Under the pieces are notes generated by a model. That model did no database searches, was not told the DNA's origin, and saw only the letters and a program-made list of their open reading frames with translations. From an uncultured delta proteobacterium (GTDB lineage: Bacteria; Desulfobacterota; RBG-13-43-22), in the NCBI GenBank assembly GCA_963743305.1, contig CAVUPH010000016.1, forward strand, positions 32,001-96,000: a stretch of 64,000 bases of DNA, in the 5' to 3' direction. Shown here one piece after another: positions 10,523-20,177 of the stretch. Numbering within the stretch: position 1 is the first letter of the stretch; each line of letters opens with the position of its first letter. The position numbers were made by a program, and so were the translations under genes.

Positions 10523-11779
10523 TTACTGACTGGTAATTTGATGAATACTGCCCCCCGGGTAATCGGCTACATACAGATTGCCCGCCTGATCCTCGCCAAA
10601 GGTAGAAATGCCGAAGGGGGCGGTTAGCAGTAGATTGGCGAACCAGGTACCGTTTAAGCGCTGCAGTCCACGAATAGTACCGGAACAAATATCACCATAA
10701 AAATAAATACCCTGCATAGCGGCATTGCCCGGGCCGCGATAGACATACCCGCCGGTGATGGAACAATCCGGGGAGTGGGGGTACTCCGTCACCGGGGAAG
10801 AATACCGTAGGGGCGCAACGCACCCCACGGGCGGGTCAAAGCAATGCAATCCTTCCAGGATGTTCCAGCCGTAATTTTCCCCTCCCGGGCTGTTTGTCGG
10901 CTGAAAGTCAACCTCCTCCCAGAGGTTCTGACCCACGTCGCCAATGTAGAGGTCGCCCGTCTGCCGGTCGAAAGAAAAACGCCAGGGATTCCGAAGTCCC
11001 AGGGCCCAGATTTCGCCTCGATATCCGGGTGTTCCCACATAGGGGTTGGTGGCGGGGATGCCGTAGTTTAGCGCCGGTCCCGATTTGAATATCAAAGGGA
11101 AATAGGTTCTAAATAAAGCTAATACCGGGGTGTTGACCGGTTCCACATCGATTCGAAGCAGTTTTCCCAATAGCGCGCCGGGGTTCTGACCGTTCTTGAA
11201 GGGATCGCCCCCGCTGCCGCCGTCCCCGGTACCGATATAGAGGTAGCCGTCCGGCCCAAACTGCAGTTGTCCCCCATTGTGGTTGGAAAAGGTGGGGTGC
11301 TCGATGGTCAGGATGATCTCCTCACTGTTCGGATCGGCTACATCCGGGTTGGACGTCGGCCGGAAGCGGGCGATGACCAGCGTTCCGGTCGGATTGGTAT
11401 AATAAACGTAAAAGCGGTTTCTGGTGGATCCGTAGCCCGGGGGAAAGGCCACGCTCAACAAACCCTGTTCCCCCCCGGGATTGCCCAAACGAGCGGCGAT
11501 GTCCAGGAAGGGAGTCGGCAGCAGGGCGCCGTTTTTTATGATTCGGATTCGGCCTGGTTGTTCGGTGACGAAGACCCGGGAACTGTTGTCGCCGGCGTGG
11601 GTGATGGAAGTGGGCTGGCTCAAACCGCCGACGATCGGGCTGAGATTAATGGTCGGCCAGGATTGGGCTTGGGCCGATTTCAGTCCTAATGATCCAAACA
11701 GCACCCAAAGGCCGGCTATGGCTAGGAATAAGCCCGGGAAAGAAAGCACAATTAACCGTTTTTGTTTTTTTATAAACAT
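10523..11779 (-). CDS. Secreted glucose/sorbosone dehydrogenase family (PQQ-type beta-propeller) protein
   Basis: GEQGLLSVAF, NHNGGQLQFGPDGYLYIGTGDGG, GLRNPWRFSFD, STFGED; AGGAG RBS before ATG at 11779. Confidence 0.92.
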   Translation of the reverse strand: MFIKKQKRLIVLSFPGLFLAIAGLWVLFGSLGLKSAQAQSWPTINLSPIVGGLSQPTSITHAGDNSSRVFVTEQPGRIRIIKNGALLPTPFLDIAARLGNPGGEQGLLSVAFPPGYGSTRNRFYVYYTNPTGTLVIARFRPTSNPDVADPNSEEIILTIEHPTFSNHNGGQLQFGPDGYLYIGTGDGGSGGDPFKNGQNPGALLGKLLRIDVEPVNTPVLALFRTYFPLIFKSGPALNYGIPATNPYVGTPGYRGEIWALGLRNPWRFSFDRQTGDLYIGDVGQNLWEEVDFQPTNSPGGENYGWNILEGLHCFDPPVGCVAPLRYSSPVTEYPHSPDCSITGGYVYRGPGNAAMQGIYFYGDICSGTIRGLQRLNGTWFANLLLTAPFGISTFGEDQAGNLYVADYPGGSIHQITSQ

Positions 11780-11968
11780 GCCCAAAACTCCTTTCTTTTT
11801 CCTCTCACCTGGCGGGAGAGGTTGGGGAAAAGGGGGAAAGATTTGTTTTGCATGCCTTATAGAAATACTTTAACCTAATATAGCAGTTTTGTCACCTGGG
11901 ACCAACACGAATTAATCCGGATTTTCCCAGGCCGAGTAGTATGAAATCAAAAACAAAGAGGAGAAATT

Positions 11969-12754
11969 ATGAAAAAAGATAGACTGGTATTTCGACGGTT
12001 CAAGGGGTTTCTCTGGCTCGCCCTGGTCTTGACGACCGGTTTGCTTTTCAATTTCAACCCCGCCCTGGGGCAGGGAACGAAACCCCTCGTTGGGCTGAAC
12101 GCCACCACGCTAACAACCGATTTTGTTTATTTGCCGGTGATTTTCAAAGATGTAGGTGCCTGCCCGCAGACCGTTTGTAACGGGGATTTTGAGAAGGGTC
12201 CGGATGGTTCCTGGGCCATTGCTTCGAGCAATACCTTAGCGGACTTCGTAATTGTGAACTTATTCGATTTTGGAATTTCCAATCACAGCGGTAATTTTTC
12301 CGCCTGGTTGGGTGGAGATCCCGCGGAGATCACCACGATCACCCAACAAATCACTGTCCCCGGGGATGCCACTCAGCTCGTTTATTGGTATTGGATCGAC
12401 TCCAACGACATTTGCGGAAAGAGCACGGCAACGGTTTACCTGGACACCACCCCCTTAAAGTCCTACGATTTGTGCCAGGTGACAACGGACTGGACGATGG
12501 AAACGATAGCTATTCCCGCTAATTTTCAGGGAAAAACGTTGAATCTGATTTTTAAGGCGGAAACCGCCCCTGATCCTAACCCTGATCCCATCAACGGGAG
12601 TAAAGTCAGCAGCTTTTTCTTGGACGATGTGTCCATTCTGGGAGTCCAGTCGCCGATTTCCTTGAAAAGCACTGGACAGACCCCAAAAACCGGAACGCCT
12701 TTTTCTCCCGTGTTAAGAAAGTCTCCCAGGTCTTCGGCGGAGAAAGGCCAATAA
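11969..12754 (+). CDS. Secreted protein with a jelly-roll/carbohydrate-binding-like domain
   Basis: Signal peptide; NGDFE..W, SAWLGG, ITQQITVP, FFLDDVS pattern; FVYLPVIFK motif just after the signal peptide. Confidence 0.7.
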   Translation: MKKDRLVFRRFKGFLWLALVLTTGLLFNFNPALGQGTKPLVGLNATTLTTDFVYLPVIFKDVGACPQTVCNGDFEKGPDGSWAIASSNTLADFVIVNLFDFGISNHSGNFSAWLGGDPAEITTITQQITVPGDATQLVYWYWIDSNDICGKSTATVYLDTTPLKSYDLCQVTTDWTMETIAIPANFQGKTLNLIFKAETAPDPNPDPINGSKVSSFFLDDVSILGVQSPISLKSTGQTPKTGTPFSPVLRKSPRSSAEKGQ

Positions 12755-12770
12755 GGCCTCCAGGATCGAA

Positions 12771-13040
12771 GGGGCTCGGCGAAAGGGCTTTCCAAAGGTA
12801 CTCCGGACTTCGAACCCGGGCCTAAGTTACCAATTTTATTTGAAGCAGGCCCAAACTCAAAGGCTTTTGATGCTTCTTCGGCCGGCCCTGCCTCCGTGAA
12901 GATTTAGAAACATGGGGGCCGGGTTAGAACCTATAAAGCAAGGTGGAAAACCCTTTCGCCGAGACCCATCGGCCTCGAAGGCCTGATTTCAGTCCAATCT
13001 ACCAGATAGTGTGGCCACACACCCAAAAGGGCGAACAACC
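12771..13040 (-). repeat. Structured element, copy 2 (inverted relative to 9280-9594)
   Basis: Reverse complement aligns by eye with 9280-9555 and shows compensatory stem changes. Confidence 0.85.
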
Positions 13041-13061
13041 ATTAAAAACCCGCTAGGCGGA

Positions 13062-16000
13062 TTAATCAAGGCGCTCGGCTCTTCGCAAACCGGAAGCCGG
13101 CTGTTTGAGATTGAAGGTGTATTGCTTAATCGTTTGCTCGCTCGAGTACCAGGGCACGCCGCCCACTTTGACCTGTATTCGCGCCTTCGCCGACCGCAGT
13201 GCGAGGCGCGGTTCGATCTTCCCGTTGAAGCTGGCGTTCCAGGTTTTCTTCCCGAAATCTATGGAAACGTGGGGGCCAGGCTTCTTCAGGACGGTGGGTT
13301 GGTAGCCGACCTTTCGAAGGACGGTTGATTGGTAGGGATAGACCAGTCTCCCCCCATTGGCCAGGGCCTGGGCGTAATCCGGGTGCGATAAGAGCGGCAC
13401 ATTGATTTGGTGGCCGTTCACCGAGAAGGAAATGTCGCCGAAGTTGGTCAGGCCGTCTGGGAGATCCCCTTGCAGCGTGATAGACCCCAGACCCGTGGAT
13501 TGATCAAAGGAGCCGTTGTATCTGCTCAGCGAGAGCCCGTCCGAAGCCGTCGCGAGAACGCGGTGGTCCCATTGGGTTTCGACCTGGTGGTCAACCTCAG
13601 AAGAGAACGTATATTTGCCGTTCACTTTTAACTTCAAATGAATTCGTCCGCCTGAGTCCCCCACCGCCTGGGAAAGATCAGCCTTGGCGAGGTTGAAATC
13701 CCAGGTGGGCCTATCGAAATCGAGTTTCAGGACCACGATGTCACTCTGTATGGAGCTACTGGTCCTGAACGTCCAGACATTCCCCTGGCGCGTCCAGGTG
13801 CCATTGGCCTCCGGTGACGACCAGGTGTAACCGTTCAGCTTGACGGAGACCCCCGAGGTCGGGTCGAATTGCTGGGCTGTCATGGGGATACGTTTGACCG
13901 TCCATTCATCTTCCTGCCAGACCATCTTGCCACCCACGAGGGAATAGCTGCTGCCGCCGGCGTTCCGGCTGCTCCCGCGGAGCCTGCCGCGCCCGCTCCT
14001 ACGATGGTCCCCGAGGCCTGATCCGCTTGGACGCTGGCGCCGAACTGCTGGCCGCCGACCGTGGCGCCCGAGGTGATCGTCCAGTGTATGGCCCAGGGCA
14101 ACTGCGAGTTGTAGCCCGTAGGCACCCAGGGGGCCTGGTTGTCCGTAGCCTGGAGCAGATAGGGCTGGATGGTCATGGTTTTGATGCAGCTCGGGTCGTT
14201 GTAGCAAGTAGGTATCACCAGCGCTGCGTTGACGTCGGTCCCCAAAGTAGCCGTGTTCGTCACGGAATTGGAAAAGTGTCCATCGTAACCCGCCTTGAGG
14301 TCAGCCTTGAAACCATTCAGCTCCGTGCCGATATCGAGACTCGTCTGGTTGGAAACGTCGACATCTGATGTCTGACCGGTGGTCGTCACCGTTTGGATAT
14401 CTTGCGAAAATGAGACGTTCCCGTTGGAGCCGGTCCCAAAACTAATCGTATTGATCCCCTTTTCGCCAGCGGTGGTATCTCCCAGCAAGGTTATGAAATG
14501 GTTGATGGTGGAATTGGTGGAATTGGATTCCCAGTCCGTAGTCCACCCGTTGAGGAAGTCCGTTGATTGCGTGAGCGGTACGACCCCGCTCATCAGCCCC
14601 GGGATGTCATCGTTCGGGCCGCCCGGGTTCGCCAGCTCGAAGGCCACCTGACGGTAAGAGAGCGCGGTCGGTTGGTCTGGGTGGTGTGGACGTCCTGGTT
14701 GAGGGGGGTGCCGATGTTGGTGGCCGTGACGTAGTCGTAGGCATAGAGCGCGTAATCCTGCACGACGATCGTCGGTACGTGAAAGATCGCCCAGCCCATC
14801 ATGCCGAGTTTGTCATAATCGTCGGGGTTCGTGGATGCGCTTTCGGTGCCGAGTGTCAACCCGTAGCTCACGGTGGAAGTCGTACTGGTCTCGTGGGCAC
14901 TCTCCCAGGCATGCTTGTAGTTGGAGTCTACCTGATCCTGGATGCCGAATTTATGCTCCATCCCGGCCTGGAGCGTGAGACCGGCGGAAACCAAGACAGC
15001 GTTTGACGTTTCCTGGCTGTTGGACACTTCGACGCCTAGCTCTTGCCGTAAGTAACATTGGAGAGATGCTCGATATCGGTATCTACTGCCCCGTTTCGAT
15101 TGAAGGGAGGGCTGCCCATGACCACGCCGACCAGTGTCCAGTACTTCCGAAGCGTCGCCTGTTCAACGGAATTACCGGTGCCGGTGTTGGTGCCCGTGCC
15201 GCCCGAACTTTGGCAACTGAGGGGGATGTCGGTATTTTGGGGAACCATGGCGTCGGAGGTGAAGGGCAGGTTCTGGGTGAGTTTCAGGGAGGGATAGGAG
15301 GTGTTGATGACCAGATGCTGCCTCTGGATGTTGTTGTTGGCGGTACACTCGGTGATGAACCAGGGGAAGGCGCTGATGCCGGTATAGCCATATCCACCGT
15401 TGGGGACGAAAACTTCGGGATCGACTTTCCACTGCCCGCCGGTCGTAGTGTAACTGTATTCGAGGCGCCTGACGGCGGATGAGGTCTCGTTCGTCGTCGA
15501 ATAGGTGGCCTGCGCGCCGAGAAAAAGCTGGAGGGTGGGGGTCTTGGCCGCCGGCCGAGAAACCCGGCGGATTATTGCCGGGTTGCAGGGTAAAGGCAGG
15601 GGAGGCCGTCCCGGCGAACAGGCCCAGGGAATGGTTAAAGTAGGTGCTTCCACTGGGTTCGCCGATTCCGATATTTTGGCCGTTGAGAACGGAGCCCGCT
15701 CCAAACTGACCATTCCAGGTCGCGGCGTAGAGGGAGTTATATTCAGAATAATAAGTCGTATAATTCCCATAAATAATCATAATCAGTGGATCGGCATCGG
15801 CGGGGTAAAAAGTGATGGCGTCCAACGGCTCCATGTTAGTGCCGCCGACCGAGAGCGCCGGGTAGGAACTCCAGTTGACGCCATCGCCGCTGGTGTAAGT
15901 CCCGTTATCCGCGAAGACATAGAGCAGGTTGTTGAAGACGACTATCGCTGCACTGGCCATGTCAATGACTTCACTGTAGCCAACTTGCGAGTAGGAATCC

Positions 16001-16462
16001 GTATGCTGCACGGGCCCCAAGTCTTTGGGGACGAGGTAGGCCCCGTTGGCATCCTTGGCAAAGTCGCCGGTGGTCAGGTCCCAGGCGGCCACGTATAGGT
16101 GGGTAGTGGAAGGCATTCCGGTGGACTTGTTGGTCGTGCATCCCGGGTTGCCGGTAAAGGCGAAAAAGATCTTCTGGTCGAAAACGGCCCCGTTCATGCC
16201 GACGCCACCCCAATCCGGGGTGCAGGAGCCCACGCTTTGGGTCACCGCCGTTCCCAGCGTCAAGAGAAAATTGGAGTCCACCGTCCCTGCCTGGTGGGAG
16301 AGGGTTTGGTGCTTGGCATCTGCTCCGACGCTCAGGTAGTGAACCTGGCTGTTGACATAGATCCCCCGTTTCATACCGCCCTCCGCCCTCGGGATGGCCA
16401 GGGGCGGCGAAGGCGATAACGAGGGTAAAGGCCATGATGACGTGAAGCCGGGACTTTTTCAT
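13062..16462 (-). CDS. Large (~1,130 aa) secreted protein of unknown function, interrupted by about 5 frameshifts
   Basis: Signal peptide MKKSRLHVIMAFTLVIAF with AGGAG RBS; protein-like reading continues through ORFs 15172-16374, 15036-15770, 14593-15027, 13880-14647 and 13062-14207, with junctions near 16402, 15550, 15035, 14668 and 13960. Confidence 0.7.
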
Positions 16463-16941
16463 AATTCTCCTTTTACCGCTACTCCATCTTGAAGCGAAAT
16501 GACTTGAATTTACACGCTATTTTTCCTTGCCGGGGTAATAACTGAATGCTGCCTGGGCTGTGCCGCTATTATCCTCTACCAGTAATTGGTCTGGTTTCTT
16601 TTATTGTATCGGTTGATCTTACTTTTCTTAAACCCATGGGGAGCAGCATACCCCTAACGGATATCGAAATCCGTAAGACTGAATTTTTGGAGAGGATAAC
16701 AAGAGGATTGCTTTTCGGGCAGAAGCGGATTGGATTCCCGCTGATCTAAAAAAGAGTATGAGGTGGGAAAGAACTATAAAGGTTATAGTTAACCAGAATC
16801 GTTCAAGCAGGCTAATTCCCGCAATTTTCTCAACGTTGGGGATTGAAGGGGTGTTAGCGGCCTCTTCTTCGGAGAGCTAAGACTAGTGTCCTCTTCTTGA
16901 GTTGGAATTAGCAGGCCCCTCTTATAGTCAGGAAATACTTA

Positions 16942-17436
16942 TCAGGCCCCCAATGCCCCCCTTATTTCCTTCAGATGATCGATGTGGAACCCGACATGAT
17001 AATCCACCAGGGCGGAAATCCATTCGGCCAGGGTGGGGTATTCGCCGAGGGGCGTTTCTTTCAATAGGGGAACATGGGCCTTGCGGTTGAGTTGATCAGC
17101 AGACAATCCGGCGGCGAAATCCGCAATCCGGCTATATTCCTTTTCAAACTCCGCCAGGAGTGCGGCAAAGGTCATTTGGGCCCGCCTGTCCGTGAAATAA
17201 GGGTTCTCCGCTTCGATGTCAAATCGGGGAGTGTCCTGGTCCAGGAAGCCCTGCAGCATGGGCAGATAACCGATTCCGTCGGGGCCGCTGATATGCGAGA
17301 CAATCTGCTTAGCGGACCAGCGACCTTCGGGTGCCCGGGAGGCGGTCTCCTCATCCAAGTCTTTTGCCATAGCCAAAAAACCACCCAATTTTTGCCTAAC
17401 CAATCCCGCCAATTCCTCTGCTTTGCTCTCGGCCAT
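16942..17436 (-). CDS. DinB/YfiT family protein
   Basis: EGRWSAKQIVSH and C-terminal H..FH..H metal-binding pattern. Confidence 0.85.
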   Translation of the reverse strand: MAESKAEELAGLVRQKLGGFLAMAKDLDEETASRAPEGRWSAKQIVSHISGPDGIGYLPMLQGFLDQDTPRFDIEAENPYFTDRRAQMTFAALLAEFEKEYSRIADFAAGLSADQLNRKAHVPLLKETPLGEYPTLAEWISALVDYHVGFHIDHLKEIRGALGA

Positions 17437-17557
17437 TTCTTTCTCCTTTCAATAAGATATCGAACTGATACCCAGAAGATAGGCATAATACTCCGTAAGT
17501 CAAATTCAGGGGTTATCCGGTTTTGATTTTTGCTGAAGGGAGGTGGAACAGGGGAGG

Positions 17558-17752
17558 TTAAACTTCCAGGTCCAAACTTTGCCCGATCCCCATGGATTTT
17601 AGCAATTCGGCGGCGACGGATTTTTGAAAGGCGAGGGCGTCGGCCAGGACTCGCATGGTGACCGCGTCTTGAAGTTGGTTTGGTGACTCGGCACCGGCCT
17701 GGGAGGCGATAGCAGAGGTCAGACCTGGGCAGATTGCGGAAATTTCACTCAT
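17558..17752 (-). CDS. YjfB-like small protein
   Basis: VLADALAFQKSVAAELLKSM.GIGQSLDL resembles YjfB 'putative motility protein'. Confidence 0.6.
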   Translation of the reverse strand: MSEISAICPGLTSAIASQAGAESPNQLQDAVTMRVLADALAFQKSVAAELLKSMGIGQSLDLEV

Positions 17753-17787
17753 TCTTTATTTCAATCCTGTTTATCCAAGTTCAGTCA

Positions 17788-17932
17788 TGACAACCTCGCA
17801 AAAAGTCCAAAAACCTATCATTGCGAGCGAAGTGAAGCAATCCCCACCATGGTAACTAGCTGATTCTTGGGGATTGCTTCGTCGCTTCACTCCTCGCAAT
17901 GACAGCGCTGGGGACTTTTTGCGAAACCATCA
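17788..17932. mobile_element. 145-bp MITE-like element carrying a REP palindrome
   Basis: Imperfect TIRs TGACAACCTCGCAAAAAGTCC / GGACTTTTTGCGAAACCATCA; GTCA direct repeat at 17784-17787 and 17933-17936; internal tcattgcgag...ctcgcaatga palindrome. Confidence 0.7.
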
Positions 17933-18119
17933 GTCATTGTTATCGGAAGATCTCCTTTTTTTCTTTAATCATCGGGTCAGCCATTGATGAAGGGGTTCCC
18001 GGAACAGCTCAGACTCCTGGACCATTTCCTGGACGATTTTTGCGAACAGAGAAAGAGGGCTTCTCCCCCGTTTAAGGCGCAACCCGGGGATAATTAAGAA
18101 TCTCCGGCTAGGCAAAAAA

Positions 18120-18153
18120 TTGATTGACAAGTCAATCAAAATTAGATAAGGTC
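18120..18153 (+). promoter_or_regulatory. Sigma70-like promoter overlapped by a perfect palindrome (likely TetR operator)
   Basis: TTGATTGAC-AA-GTCAATCAA at 18120-18139 contains TTGACA; TAAGGT follows at promoter spacing; directly upstream of the TetR ATG. Confidence 0.7.
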
Positions 18154-18158
18154 AAAGC

Positions 18159-18773
18159 ATGAAAAAAGATAACGGTCATCTTCGCATGGAAAAACAAGCG
18201 GTTATCTTTGACGCGGCCCTGAAGGTCTTTCGGCAGAAGGGGTTCCATAAGGCACGGATTGCCGATATCGCCTCGGAAGCCGGGATCTCCTACGGGTTGG
18301 TTTATCATTACTACCATAACAAAGAGGGCCTGTTTAACACCATCCTCAATCAGTGGTGGGAAGACCTTTATCAGTTGTTGATCGAGACCCAGAAAGGGGG
18401 GGAGGACCTCCAGCGGCAGCTTCGAAAAATCATCCTCTATTTTCTTGATACGTATCAAAATAAGCCGGATTTGATTCATATTTTATCAATGAGATCTCCC
18501 GGTCCTCCAGCAACCTTAAAACCCGCCTGGAATACTTTAAGAAGTTTATGTCCATTACCGAAGGGATCATGGCCGAGGGCCAAAAGGCCGGGAGTCTCCG
18601 GCAGGATATTGAAGCCCATTATCTGACCTATATTTTCCTGGGGGCCATGGAGACCTTCATCTCGGTGATGGTTTACGGCGAACAGAAAATAAAAAACGAT
18701 CAAGCAAAAAGAGCGGATCACTCATAGCCTGATGGAAGTTTTTTTAAACGGGGCCAAGCAGACCCAAAACTAG
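18159..18773 (+). CDS. TetR/AcrR family regulator with two compensating homopolymer indels (~18482, ~18692)
   Basis: IFDAALKVFRQKGFHKARIADIASEAGISYGLVYHYY HTH; C-terminal part (INEISRS..YIFLGAMETF..EVFLNG) read in shifted frames. Confidence 0.88.
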
Positions 18774-18843
18774 CCAATTTGTAGTATCTTGTTTAGAGGG
18801 TTGAGCAAAATGCTCAGAATTAAACATGTAAGAACCAGTCAAG

Positions 18844-18996
18844 AAATAAGCTATGCAATACCGCTGATATCTCCGTTTATGCTGAGCCTGTCGAAGCATG
18901 GCCGTATCTCACCCTTCGACTGCTCGACAGGCTCGCAGCTCAGGGCGAACGGTTGTAGGACCGCTTTGTCAAGTTTATTTGTTTACAGATCCTAAG
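18844..18996 (-). repeat. ~155 bp dispersed REP-containing element, copy 2
   Basis: Reverse complement of 6973-7127. Confidence 0.9.
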
Positions 18997-19017
18997 ACCC
19001 TAAGCATCGGAGCCGTC

Positions 19018-20163
19018 ATGGATTTTTCCTTCACTGCAGAGCAGCTTCTTTTCAAGGAACAGGTGCTGAAATTCGCTCGGAAAGAGATTGTTCCCCGCTG
19101 TCAGGAACACGACTTGAAAGGGGAATTCGATTACCAGTCTTTTCGCAAGTTAGGCGAGTTCGGCATCTTGGGACTGCATTTCCCGGAGGAACTGGGCGGC
19201 AGCGGCGCTGATGTGGTCACCTCGGCCTTAGCCGCCGAGGCGCTGGGCGAGGCCGGGGTGGATGGAGGGCTCACCCTTTCCTACGGCGCCCATACCTATT
19301 TGTGCGCCGACACCATCTTCACCCACGGCACGGAGGAACAACGCCGGAAATATGTCCCCAAGCTGGCCGGCGGGGAATGGATCGGCTGCATGGGCCTGAC
19401 CGAACCGGGGGCCGGTTCGGATGTCTCGGCCTTATCCACCAGGGCCTTGCGGGATGGGGACCGATATATCCTGAACGGTTCGAAGATGTTTATCACCAAC
19501 GGACCTATCGCCGATGTGGCCGTGATTTATGCCCGGACCTCCTCCGCGGGGGAACGGCACGAGGGGATCTCGGCCTTCATTGTGGAAAAGGGGACCCCGG
19601 GCTTCTCCGCCGGAAAAAAACTGAATAAAATGGGGGTCCGAAGTTCTTACACCTCCGCGTTGCATTTCGAAGATTGCGCTGTTCCAACAGAAAATCTTTT
19701 GGGCCAGGAAGGAATGGGATTCCTGATGGCCATGCAGACCGTGGAGTGGGACCGAAGCACCCTGATGGCCCCCTTTATTGGGGGCTTAAGCTTCATCCTG
19801 GAAAAGTCTTGCCGCTATAGTCGGGAACGGGTCCAGTTCGGTCGGCCCATTGCCGAGTTCCAGGCGGTCAAACATAAAATCGCCGACATCCGGATCTTCC
19901 TGGAGGCGGCTCGCGCCTTGGTGTACCGTATCGCCTGGTGCAAGGACCAGGGCCGACCCTTGAACCATCTGGAGGCGGCGGTGGCCAAGCTCTTCGTGGG
20001 CGACTGGAGTCTGGTCCCGACCAATAACGCCGTCATCATCCACGGAGGCTACGGCTACTGCCACGAATATGATGTGGAGCGGACTTTCCGGGACAGCCGC
20101 CTGGCGCCGATCGGCGGCGGGACCTCCGAAGTCCAGAAGATGATCATCTCCCGTTTAATGTAA
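19018..20163 (+). CDS. Acyl-CoA dehydrogenase
   Basis: MGLTEPGAGSD, NGSKMFITNG, HGGYGY, IGGGTSE; start MDFSFT at 19018. Confidence 0.95.
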   Translation: MDFSFTAEQLLFKEQVLKFARKEIVPRCQEHDLKGEFDYQSFRKLGEFGILGLHFPEELGGSGADVVTSALAAEALGEAGVDGGLTLSYGAHTYLCADTIFTHGTEEQRRKYVPKLAGGEWIGCMGLTEPGAGSDVSALSTRALRDGDRYILNGSKMFITNGPIADVAVIYARTSSAGERHEGISAFIVEKGTPGFSAGKKLNKMGVRSSYTSALHFEDCAVPTENLLGQEGMGFLMAMQTVEWDRSTLMAPFIGGLSFILEKSCRYSRERVQFGRPIAEFQAVKHKIADIRIFLEAARALVYRIAWCKDQGRPLNHLEAAVAKLFVGDWSLVPTNNAVIIHGGYGYCHEYDVERTFRDSRLAPIGGGTSEVQKMIISRLM

Positions 20164-20177
20164 CCAGGGGAAGACCG

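Noticed and set aside
9280-13040. Composite transposon bounded by the inverted structured repeats
   Set aside because: No transposase or recombinase, the copies are clearly diverged, and no target duplication was found.
18898-19017. N-terminal extension of the ACAD ORF (likewise 44903-45124, 51950-52030 and 58120-58194)
   Set aside because: Extensions run through repeats or intergenic DNA; downstream ATGs give family-typical N-termini.
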